Positions 56,501 through 64,000 of a DNA stretch of 64,000 bases are shown here, piece by piece. The stretch comes from an uncultured delta proteobacterium (GTDB taxonomy: Bacteria; Desulfobacterota; Desulfobacteria; Desulfobacterales; CAVQMW01), in the NCBI GenBank assembly GCA_963713755.1, contig CAVQMW010000005.1:1064501-1128500 (forward strand), read 5' to 3'. The position numbers and the translations under genes were made by a program. Under the pieces are notes generated by a model. That model ran no database searches, had not been told where the DNA came from, and was given only the letters and a program-made list of their open reading frames with translations. Position 1 is the stretch's first letter, and each line of letters begins with the position of its first letter.

Positions 56501-58462
56501 ATGTACGAAGACAAAGAACTCAAAGAGTACCGGGATCTGCTCAAGACCCCAGACCACTTCGAAGAGGGCTTCGACTGGAAGACCGTGGTGGGGGCGATCT
56601 TCATCGGGTTTCTGATGATGCCCGGGAGCATGTACCTGCAGCTGGTGATCGGCACGGGGATCGGCCCGGCGGCGCGCTGGGTGACCATCATCCTCTTTGC
56701 CGAGATTGCCAAGCGCTCCTATACCGAGCTCAAGCAGCAAGAGATCTTCCTTCTATACTACATGGCCGGAGCGGCCCTGGCCTCGCCCTTTCAGGGGTTG
56801 TTGTGGAACCAGTACCTGGTGCAGTCCGATGCCGCCAAGATGCTGGGGCTGGTGGAATTCATCCCCAACTGGGTGGCCCCGGGGCCGGAATCGGCCTCCC
56901 TGGTGGAACGAACCTTTTTGCACCGCGACTGGCTAATCCCCATTCTGCTGCTGGTGGGCGCCCAGATTATTCAGCGGGTGGATCAGTTCGGCCTGGGTTA
57001 CGCCCTGTACCGCATCACCTCCGATGTGGAAAAACTGCCCTTTCCCATGGCCCCGGTGGGCGCCCTGGGTACCATGGCCTTGGCCGAGTCCACCGAAGAG
57101 AAGCAGAAGAGCTGGAAGTGGCGGGTCTTTTCCATCGGCGGGGTGATCGGTCTGGTTTTCGGGGGGCTCTACGTCATGCTGCCCACGGTCTCGGGGTTGC
57201 TGCTGGCCGAACCCATTCGCCTGATTCCCATCCCCTGGATCGAGCTGACCCGCGAAACCGAAGAGATTCTGCCGGCGGTGGCCACCGGCCTGCAGCTCGA
57301 TCTGGGGCTGATCTTCATCGGCATGGTGCTGCCCTTCTGGGCGGTGATCGGCGGGTTTTTGGGGTTGCTGATCACAGTCATCGCCAACCCGATACTGCAC
57401 GCCCAGGGCATCCTGCGGCGCTGGCATCCGGGCATGGAGACCGTGGACACGGTGTTCGCCAACAACTTCGATTTTTACATGAGCTTCGGCATCGGCCTGG
57501 GGCTGGCCATTGCGGCGGTGGGGATCTGGTCCGTGGTGCGCTCTTTCGGCCAGAGCGGCCCCGGCCAGCGGGGCACGCTGAAGGATCTGTTCCATCCGCC
57601 CCCGGGGAGGGGGGATTTCAATTTTTGGATCTCCATCGGCATCTACGTTTTTTCCACCCTGGCCTATGTGGCGCTCTGCGTCTGGCTGGTGCCCAACTTT
57701 CCCTGGGTCTTTTTTCTGGGCTACGGCTTTGTCTACACCCCCCTGGTCTCCTACATCAGCGCCCGCATGGAGGGCATTGCCGGCCAGTTCGTCAGCCTGC
57801 CCCTGGTGCGGGAGGCCAGTTTTATCGCCGGGGCGCGCTTTTTCGGCTACCAGGGGATCGAGATCTGGTATGCGCCCATTCCCATCCACAACTACGGCAG
57901 CGCCACGGTCAATTTCCGGGAGATCGAGCTGACCGGCACCAGCATCCGCGGCATCATCAAGTCGGAGATCGTGGTCTTTCCGGTGGTGATGATCGCCAGT
58001 CTGCTCTTTTCCCAGTTCATCTGGCGCCTGGCACCCATCCCTTCCTCGGCCTACCCCTATGCCCAGGAGCTGTGGCATCTGCAGGCCTTGAACTCCCTGT
58101 TGATGCAAACCTCCACCCTGGAAGGCAACGCCCTGTTCTTCCAGGCCCTCAACGGCATCTACGTGGGGGCCGGCCTGGTCTTCGGAGTGGTCACCTATGG
58201 GGTGCTCTCCCTGCTGGGGCTGCCGGTGCTGCTGGTTTACGGGGTGGTCCGGGGGCTGGGCCAATCCACCCCCCACGGCCTGATCCTGGAGGTTCTGGGC
58301 GCATTTCTGGGGCGCTACTTCTTCCTCAAACGCTACGGTAAGATGTGGCGCCAGTACGCCCCGGTGCTGCTGGCCGGATTCTCCTGCGGCATGGGCCTCA
58401 CCGGGATGCTGGCCATGGGCTTCGCCCTGATTCTGAAGTCCTTGGGGCGGCTGGCCTATTAA
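56501..58462 (+). CDS. large polytopic membrane protein, uncharacterised family (possibly a distant relative of the 53823-55838 product)
   Basis: 653-aa ORF with many TM helices. The N-terminal segment MYLQLVIGTGIGPAARWVTIILFAEIAK...QQEIFLLYYMAGA is faintly reminiscent of OPT-type transporters. This is an impression only. Confidence 0.75.
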   Translation: MYEDKELKEYRDLLKTPDHFEEGFDWKTVVGAIFIGFLMMPGSMYLQLVIGTGIGPAARWVTIILFAEIAKRSYTELKQQEIFLLYYMAGAALASPFQGLLWNQYLVQSDAAKMLGLVEFIPNWVAPGPESASLVERTFLHRDWLIPILLLVGAQIIQRVDQFGLGYALYRITSDVEKLPFPMAPVGALGTMALAESTEEKQKSWKWRVFSIGGVIGLVFGGLYVMLPTVSGLLLAEPIRLIPIPWIELTRETEEILPAVATGLQLDLGLIFIGMVLPFWAVIGGFLGLLITVIANPILHAQGILRRWHPGMETVDTVFANNFDFYMSFGIGLGLAIAAVGIWSVVRSFGQSGPGQRGTLKDLFHPPPGRGDFNFWISIGIYVFSTLAYVALCVWLVPNFPWVFFLGYGFVYTPLVSYISARMEGIAGQFVSLPLVREASFIAGARFFGYQGIEIWYAPIPIHNYGSATVNFREIELTGTSIRGIIKSEIVVFPVVMIASLLFSQFIWRLAPIPSSAYPYAQELWHLQALNSLLMQTSTLEGNALFFQALNGIYVGAGLVFGVVTYGVLSLLGLPVLLVYGVVRGLGQSTPHGLILEVLGAFLGRYFFLKRYGKMWRQYAPVLLAGFSCGMGLTGMLAMGFALILKSLGRLAY

Positions 58463-58553
58463 GAGATACAATCCATAGTTCAGGAGTCAGGAGCCAGGCG
58501 AGAGGTGATTCAACCCATTCTGGATTCTGATACTGGCTTCTGGATTCCAATAA

Positions 58554-60935
58554 ATGGGCATTCCCATGAGCACTGAAATCCTTCTGGTCTTCATCATTCT
58601 GGCGGTGGCGGTACTGCTCCTGGTGACCGAATGGGTCGCCATGGAGGTGACCGCGCTGCTGGTGCTGGTCAGCGTCACCCTGACCGGATTGATCAACCCC
58701 CGGGAGGCCCTGGCGGGTTTCAGCAATCCGGCGGTGATCACCGTTTGGGCGGTATTTATTCTCAGCGGCGGGCTGACCCGAACCGGGGTGGCCAACATCA
58801 TCGGCCAATGGGTGCTGAAGGTGGCCGGGCGCGGCGAGGGGGCCATCATTGCCGTGGTGATGCTCAGCGCCGGGGTGATGTCGGCCGTCATGAACAATGT
58901 GGCCGTGGCGGCCCTGATGCTGCCGGTGGTCATGGATATCGCCCGCCAGACCGGGCACCCGGCCTCGCGTCTGATGATGCCCCTGGCCTACGGGTCCCTG
59001 CTGGGGGGGCTGACCACCCAGATCGGCACTCCGCCCAACCTGCTGGTGAGCGACATTTTGCGGGAAAATGGGCTGACCGCCTTCCGGCTGTTTGATTTTG
59101 CACCGGTGGGGGTGGTGGTGATGGGAGTGGGCATCGCTTTTATGGTCCTGGTGGGCCGGCACCTGCTGCCCCGCACCAATATCAGCGAGGGGGCGGCCCT
59201 GGGCGGCGGCATGGATCTTTCGGCCCAATACCACCTGCCGGAGCGGATGTTTACCATCAAAATTCCCGCTTCGGTCCATCTGGTGGGACAAACCCTCAAA
59301 GAGAGCCGGATAGGGGCGATTTTGGGGGTCAATGTGCTGGGCATCACCCGCCAGGACCGCACGATTTTAGCCCCGGGGCCTCACGAGGTGCTTCAGGCCG
59401 AAGACCTGCTCGCGGTGGAAGGCGATCTGAACCGGATTCAAGCATTGAAACAGGAACTGGGGTATTGGCGCACCCTGACGGTGGGTGGGGACGACGATTT
59501 GTGTCACCGGCTGTTTGCCGATGAGATGCCCGCCCTGGAACTGGTGCTTTCCGAGGATGCCTCTTTTGTGGGCCGCAGCTTGCGGGAAATCGGCTTGCCG
59601 GCCCTGGTGGGGGCCACTATTCTGGCGGTGCGTCGCGGGGAGCGGATTCACCGCACGGCGCTTCAGGATCTGCCCCTCAAGGCCGGTGACATCCTTCTGG
59701 CCCAGGCGCCGCCGGCAGCCTTGGAGTCGTTGAAGGCCACCGCCGGAGTGGCCGATGTCGCTCCGGTCTCCCTGGCGCGCCTGCGGGAGGTTTACCGGCT
59801 GCGGGAGCGCCTGCTGGTGGTTGCTGTGCCTGAGCAATCGATGCTCAACGGGCGCACCCTGAAAGGCAGCCGCCTGGGGGCCGCCCTTGGGGTTCGGGTT
59901 TTGGCCATTCAACGCCAGGGGAACACCCAGCGCCTGCCCGCCCCTGAGGAGCGGATCGCCGGGGGCGACACCCTGGTGGTGGAGGGCAGTGCCGCGACCC
60001 TGGCCCTGCTGCGCAGCCTGGCGGATCTGGACTTTTCCAGCCAGGCTCCGTCCACCCTGGATCATCTGCAAGGCGCCGGGGTGGGCCTGATGGAGGCGAT
60101 TCTTTCACCCCACGCCAAAATTGCCGGCAAAACATTGGCGGAGCTCCATTTTCGGGAAAAATATGGCCTTAATGTGCTCGGCGTTTGGCGGGAGGGTCAC
60201 ATCCACCGCAGCGGCTTTCTGCGGGACATGGCCTTGCGTTTCGGGGACGCCATGCTGCTCTACGGCCCCCGGGCCAAGTTCAGCATCCTGGGCCAAGAGC
60301 CGGATTTCATCGTGCTGACCCAATCCCACCAGGAGGTTCCCAACTATGCCAAAGCCAAAATCGCCCTGGCCGTGTTGGTGGGGATCATTGTGCCCGTGCT
60401 GCTGGGCCTCATGCCCATTTACATCGCCACCCTTTTGGGCGCGGCGCTGATGGTCATTACCGGATGCCTCACCATGGAAGAGGCCCACCGGGCCGTGGAG
60501 TGGAAGGGGATTATCCTGATCGCCGGGATGCTGCCCCTGGGCACCGCCCTGGATAGCAGCGGCGCCGCCCGGCTACTGGCCGACGGCGTGGTCAATTGGG
60601 TGGGTCCTTGGGGGCCCTACGCGGTTCTAACGGGACTGATGCTGCTCACCTTTGCGGCCACCTGCATCATCCCCACCGCGGCCCTGGTGGTGCTGCTGGG
60701 CCCCATCGTGCTCAACACCGCCGGGGATCTGAGTATCGCCCCCCATGCCCTGTTGATGGCGGTGGCGGTGGCCGCCTCGGCCAGCTTCATGACCCCCATC
60801 TCCCACCCGGCCAATATTCTGGTGATGGGTCCTGGCGGCTATCGCTTCGGAGATTACCTCAAGGTGGGAGTGCCTTTGACGTTGGTTGTTCTGGTGGTTG
60901 TGCTGCTGGTTCTGCCCTGGGTCTGGCCCTTGTAG
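58554..60935 (+). CDS. SLC13/DASS-family permease with four central TrkA-C (RCK_C) domains
   Basis: Transporter halves lie at both ends (for example ALAGFSNPAVITVWAVFILSGGL). Four internal repeats follow the pattern xxGxTLxExxxxxxxGxxVLxIxRxG...GDxLxVxG. Confidence 0.8.
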   Translation: MGIPMSTEILLVFIILAVAVLLLVTEWVAMEVTALLVLVSVTLTGLINPREALAGFSNPAVITVWAVFILSGGLTRTGVANIIGQWVLKVAGRGEGAIIAVVMLSAGVMSAVMNNVAVAALMLPVVMDIARQTGHPASRLMMPLAYGSLLGGLTTQIGTPPNLLVSDILRENGLTAFRLFDFAPVGVVVMGVGIAFMVLVGRHLLPRTNISEGAALGGGMDLSAQYHLPERMFTIKIPASVHLVGQTLKESRIGAILGVNVLGITRQDRTILAPGPHEVLQAEDLLAVEGDLNRIQALKQELGYWRTLTVGGDDDLCHRLFADEMPALELVLSEDASFVGRSLREIGLPALVGATILAVRRGERIHRTALQDLPLKAGDILLAQAPPAALESLKATAGVADVAPVSLARLREVYRLRERLLVVAVPEQSMLNGRTLKGSRLGAALGVRVLAIQRQGNTQRLPAPEERIAGGDTLVVEGSAATLALLRSLADLDFSSQAPSTLDHLQGAGVGLMEAILSPHAKIAGKTLAELHFREKYGLNVLGVWREGHIHRSGFLRDMALRFGDAMLLYGPRAKFSILGQEPDFIVLTQSHQEVPNYAKAKIALAVLVGIIVPVLLGLMPIYIATLLGAALMVITGCLTMEEAHRAVEWKGIILIAGMLPLGTALDSSGAARLLADGVVNWVGPWGPYAVLTGLMLLTFAATCIIPTAALVVLLGPIVLNTAGDLSIAPHALLMAVAVAASASFMTPISHPANILVMGPGGYRFGDYLKVGVPLTLVVLVVVLLVLPWVWPL

Positions 60936-60964
60936 CCTCAGTTTGTGTCTGAACGGAAACCTTG

Positions 60965-61066
60965 TTCTCCTTCCCCCTTGATGGGGGAGGGTTGGGGTGG
61001 GGGTGAATGAAATCAGGCATGTATATCCCCCTCCCCCAACCCCTCCCGCCAGGGGAGGGGAGTTTT
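60965..61066. repeat. inverted pair of G/C-rich hairpin elements; the second also looks like a terminator
   Basis: Copy 1 (60965-61005) contains CTTCCCCC-ttgat-GGGGGAGG followed by GTTGGGGTGGGGG. Copy 2 (61026-61062) is its approximate reverse complement, with CCCCTCCC-gccag-GGGAGGGG followed by TTTT at 61063-66. Confidence 0.8.
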
Positions 61067-61176
61067 CGGTCGGATATTAGATCTGACAAGCAACCAGGTC
61101 CGAAAACGTCTTGCGGTCCAGTTCCCTTCGGTGCATGCTGCAGTCCCTCACCCCAGACAAAGATCAGGAGATCGGG

Positions 61177-62634
61177 ATGCTGGACCCCAAAATTTGTCAA
61201 CGTGCCCGCTTGGCCCGGGACGCCAGGTTCGACGGCCTCTTTTTTACCGGCGTGCTGAGCACCGGTATCTTTTGCCGGCCCATCTGCCCTGCACCGCCGC
61301 CCAAACCGGAAAATATCACCTATTTTCCCTCGGCCGCCGCCGCGGTCAAAGCCGGACTGCGCCCCTGTTTGCGCTGCCGCCCGGAAGCCGCGCCGGGAAC
61401 CCCGGCCTGGAATGGCACCTCCGCCACCGTGGCCCGGGCCATGCACCTGATCCGCAGAGGAGCGCTGAATGAAGGGGGCGTGGAGGCGCTGGCCCACCGG
61501 CTGGGAATCGGGTCTCGTCATTTGCGGCGCCTTTTCAAGCGACAGTTGGGCACCACCCCCATGGCCATGGCCAGCCTGCAACGGGTCTTCTTCGCCAAGC
61601 AACTGCTCAGGGAGACCCTACTGCCGGTGACCGAAATCGCCTATGCCTGCGGTTTCGGCAGCATTCGGCGCTTCAATGCCGCGTTCCGGACCGTGTGCGG
61701 CCGATCACCCACGGAATCTCGCCTAGCTTCGGCGGGACTCCCAAAGGGTGTAGAGGGTGATGCCCGGTTCACCTGCCGGCTCACCTTACCCTATCGCCCT
61801 CCCTTTCTGTGGCCGCCCATGCTGGCATTTTTCCGCGAACGCGCCCTAAGTGGCATTGAAGCAGTAGATGAACATTCTTACCAGCGCACCTTTCGCTGCA
61901 ACGGCCACAGCGGCTTTTTTCGAGTCAGCCCGGCTCCCAAAGTCCATGGGCTGGTTCTTGAGGTCCGCTTGAGTGACATGCGCAACCTGATGGGAGTGGT
62001 TGAGCGGGCGCGGCGGATGTTCGATTTGGATGCCAATCTGGAAGCCATCACCCGTGCCCTGTCCAGGGATCCCCTGCTCAGGCCGTTGATTAAAAAGCTA
62101 CCCGGATTGCGCCTGCCGGTTGTTTGGGATCCCTTTGAAGCCGCGGTTCGGGCTGTTGTGGGACAGCAGATCTCCATACAGGGAGCCCGAACCATTCTAG
62201 GCCGTATCGTCCGGTGCGCCGGTCCTCTGGCGGATTACGGTCATTCTCCCGACGGCGCGCTGCACCTCTTTCCCAATGCCTCGGAGCTGGCCGGGACTGA
62301 TCTGAGCGGGGTGGGATTGACCGCATCGCGTATCCGCACCTTAAAGGAGTTGGCCCGCGGCGTGGCCGCCGGCCGGATTGAATTGGCCATCACTCGGGAT
62401 CTGCCTGATTTCATCCGACGTATGACCGACATTGCGGGCATCGGCCCCTGGACCGCACACTACACGGCCCTGCGGGCCCTGGGCGAGCCCGATGCCTTCC
62501 CGGCTTCGGATTTGGGCCTTGCGCGGGCCATGACCCAAAACGGCCGGCGCCCGACCCGGGCTCAGGTGCGGGCGCGGGCAGAAAACTGGCGTCCCTGGCG
62601 GGCCTATGGGGCGACCTATCTCTGGAATGCCTAA
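61177..62634 (+). CDS. Ada N-terminal Zn domain / AraC HTH / AlkA-type DNA-3-methyladenine glycosylase fusion
   Basis: Has the Cys4 region FCRPICPAP...CLRCRP, the AraC-type HTH TEIAYACGFGSIRRFNAAF, and the HhH-GPD region DIAGIGPWTAHYTALRALGEPDAFPASD. The start ATG at 61177 has AGGAG upstream. Confidence 0.8.
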   Translation: MLDPKICQRARLARDARFDGLFFTGVLSTGIFCRPICPAPPPKPENITYFPSAAAAVKAGLRPCLRCRPEAAPGTPAWNGTSATVARAMHLIRRGALNEGGVEALAHRLGIGSRHLRRLFKRQLGTTPMAMASLQRVFFAKQLLRETLLPVTEIAYACGFGSIRRFNAAFRTVCGRSPTESRLASAGLPKGVEGDARFTCRLTLPYRPPFLWPPMLAFFRERALSGIEAVDEHSYQRTFRCNGHSGFFRVSPAPKVHGLVLEVRLSDMRNLMGVVERARRMFDLDANLEAITRALSRDPLLRPLIKKLPGLRLPVVWDPFEAAVRAVVGQQISIQGARTILGRIVRCAGPLADYGHSPDGALHLFPNASELAGTDLSGVGLTASRIRTLKELARGVAAGRIELAITRDLPDFIRRMTDIAGIGPWTAHYTALRALGEPDAFPASDLGLARAMTQNGRRPTRAQVRARAENWRPWRAYGATYLWNA

Positions 62635-62660
62635 AAACTAAGGATTCACAAGGAGACGAT

Positions 62661-63137
62661 ATGTTCTATGACTTTTTCGATACCGGTCTCATCGGCACAC
62701 TGACCCTGGTGGGCGATGATCAAGGCTTGCGCCATATCAATTTCGAGACCGAGAAACGGCCCCTGGCCATCCAACCGGACTGGCGGCGGGAGCCTGCCTG
62801 CTTTGCCACTGCCAAAGCCCAGTTGGCGGCCTATTTCGCGGGTGAACGCAAAACCTTCGATCTGCCCCTGGCGCCCCGGGGCACCCCCTTTCAGCTGCGG
62901 GTTTGGGATGTCCTCAAAACGATCCCCTTTGGAAAGGTCACCAGCTACGGCTGGGTTGCCCGGCAAGCCGGCAATCCCAAAGCGGTGCGCGCCGTGGGCG
63001 GGGCCAATGCCCGCAATCCGCTGCCTTTGGTGATCCCCTGCCACCGGGTGATCGGCAGCAACGGCTCGTTGACCGGTTTCGGCGGTGGCCTTACCGTCAA
63101 ACAGCAATTGATCGACCTGGAGCAGGCCAGCCGCTGA
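62661..63137 (+). CDS. ogt: methylated-DNA--protein-cysteine methyltransferase
   Basis: Has the active-site IPCHRVIG motif and the upstream GKVTSYGWVARQAGNPKAVRAVGGANARNP. Confidence 0.92.
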   Translation: MFYDFFDTGLIGTLTLVGDDQGLRHINFETEKRPLAIQPDWRREPACFATAKAQLAAYFAGERKTFDLPLAPRGTPFQLRVWDVLKTIPFGKVTSYGWVARQAGNPKAVRAVGGANARNPLPLVIPCHRVIGSNGSLTGFGGGLTVKQQLIDLEQASR

Positions 63138-63270
63138 CGTTTAGCAGGCCATCATCCACTACAATAAAATCATCGTTGCCATGAGATATCTGCCCCTCGT
63201 CCCCAAAGCGTGCCAACCTCCGGGATCGATCACCCAAGGCCGGCCTGAGATCCATCTCCCCACCTTTTAC

Positions 63271-63486
63271 ATGGAAGACCACTCGCGAATGGGGCTTGTG
63301 GTGGACCCTTTTGCCCCGGCCCTGGAGCTTCTGGGCGCCCATGCCGTCCTGCGTCCCCGGGCGGGCGGCTGGGCGCAACTGAAAATCGAAGGCGCCGCCC
63401 ATTTAAAATCTCTTCTGAGACTCTTGGAGCGCCACGGCCTGACATACGAGATGACCGATTTGGTGGATCAGGTCTACCAGGGCTGA
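63271..63486 (+). CDS. small hypothetical protein
   Basis: The ORF is open from 63181. The codon bias looks genuine mainly from MEDHSRMGLVV (ATG 63271). No family was recognised. Confidence 0.35.
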   Translation: MEDHSRMGLVVDPFAPALELLGAHAVLRPRAGGWAQLKIEGAAHLKSLLRLLERHGLTYEMTDLVDQVYQG

Positions 63487-63638
63487 TAGCACTATCGCTG
63501 GCCCGGTGGGTTGGGAAATCGGATAGAGATAACAGCGTGAACCTGGGCAATTGAGGCCGGCGGATTCCTTGACGCTCATGCCGCACCCGCCTATATTCAG
63601 GAGTAGATTCAAATCACTACACATAGGAGCAACGGGCC

Positions 63639-64000
63639 ATGGGACGGATCACCTTGGGCATGATCTTACTACTGACCCTCATCGGGGTCGGAGGGGGCTG
63701 GGCCGCGGAGCGCGGCATCCCCCACGGCATCGCCGGGGTTGAACTGGACCATCTGGTAACGGAGTTTCAGGATCTGCTGGATATGGATAGCGCCCTGGTG
63801 GTGAGGTTCCAGGAGTATTTGGCCGAGGTTGAGTTCAAGCCCCTGGCCGGCATCAAGACCGCCCTGGCGGCCTACGGCACCTGCGCCAATCCCGGACGGA
63901 TCGTGCGCATCAAAATCAAGTATGCCGATTCCAGCAGACGTTTTTTTGACCGCCTACTGAGTCAATGCAAAGAACGGTTCGGTAACCCCATGGAGTGGCG
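63639..64000 (+). CDS. secreted hypothetical protein, N-terminal part (3' end outside the window)
   Basis: ATG 63639 has AGGAG 9 nt upstream. It has the signal peptide MGRITLGMILLLTLIGVGGGWAAE. The frame stays open to the window end, and the ORF is absent from the ORF track. Confidence 0.6.
   Translation, partial: MGRITLGMILLLTLIGVGGGWAAERGIPHGIAGVELDHLVTEFQDLLDMDSALVVRFQEYLAEVEFKPLAGIKTALAAYGTCANPGRIVRIKIKYADSSRRFFDRLLSQCKERFGNPMEW

Noticed and set aside
1-64000. Looked for tRNA, rRNA, tmRNA-like sequences, cas genes and canonical defence-system genes (helicase/nuclease/ATPase modules, toxin-antitoxin pairs).
   Set aside because: No cloverleaf-type conserved T-loop contexts (GGTTCGAATCC-like) were found in intergenic DNA. 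No rRNA-like stretches and no recognisable defence gene signatures were found by eye. A covariance-model scan would be needed to exclude small RNAs.

Overview
High-GC bacterial chromosomal segment. The gene content suggests an anaerobic Desulfobacterota-type organism, though that is only inference: a Sec-containing HdrA-like fusion, a sirC/ccsA-like/hemA heme cluster, and many G/C-rich hairpin repeats. All family calls come from motif recognition in the translations; no homology search was possible.

Layout:
- 1-6.5 kb: aroC (3' end), a 79-bp tandem array, tyrA, and a roughly 1474-aa HdrA-like flavoprotein that reads through an in-frame TGA (selenocysteine).
- 6.6-15.5 kb, minus strand: SDR, HDOD protein, membrane protein, Cys-rich protein, HDAC-family deacetylase, tandem Usp, CDP-alcohol phosphatidyltransferase, and a secreted protein.
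- 15.6-22.7 kb: GxxExxY cassette bracketed by inverted repeats, 3beta-HSD-like epimerase, PA2778/PA2779 pair, ACT/UPF0210 pair, and an M23 peptidase.
- 22.7-27.4 kb, minus strand: polysaccharide-type cluster of methyltransferase, acetyltransferase, epimerase, and a doubly frameshifted asnB.
- 28-31.2 kb: tandem Deg-like protease and a degenerate paralog.
- 31.6-39 kb: clpB, a DHH phosphoesterase, and sirC-like/ccsA-like/hemA.
- 39-41.9 kb: AT-rich island bounded by inverted GGGGTCA(GGTCTTG) repeat clusters.
- 41.9-44.3 kb: CoA-disulfide-reductase-like gene and a RAYT-like HUH transposase with a perfect 38-bp duplicated repeat upstream.
- 44.3-58.5 kb: long co-directional cluster of a STELLO-like GT, an unknown two-domain protein, a small FtsX permease, an ABC ATPase, a roughly 1.6k-aa M28-like/FtsX giant (three frameshifts), and two roughly 650-aa polytopic membrane proteins split by an AT-rich RusA-like insertion.
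- 58.5-64 kb: SLC13/TrkA-C transporter, ada-alkA fusion, ogt, and small ORFs.

No rRNA, tRNA or CRISPR array was recognised.

Most noteworthy: the Sec recoding that the ORF track misses; several distinct repeat families; clustered frameshifts in two genes (sequence quality versus real decay); the RusA-like micro-insertion; and the uncharacterised ABC/FtsX-plus-large-membrane-protein cluster.
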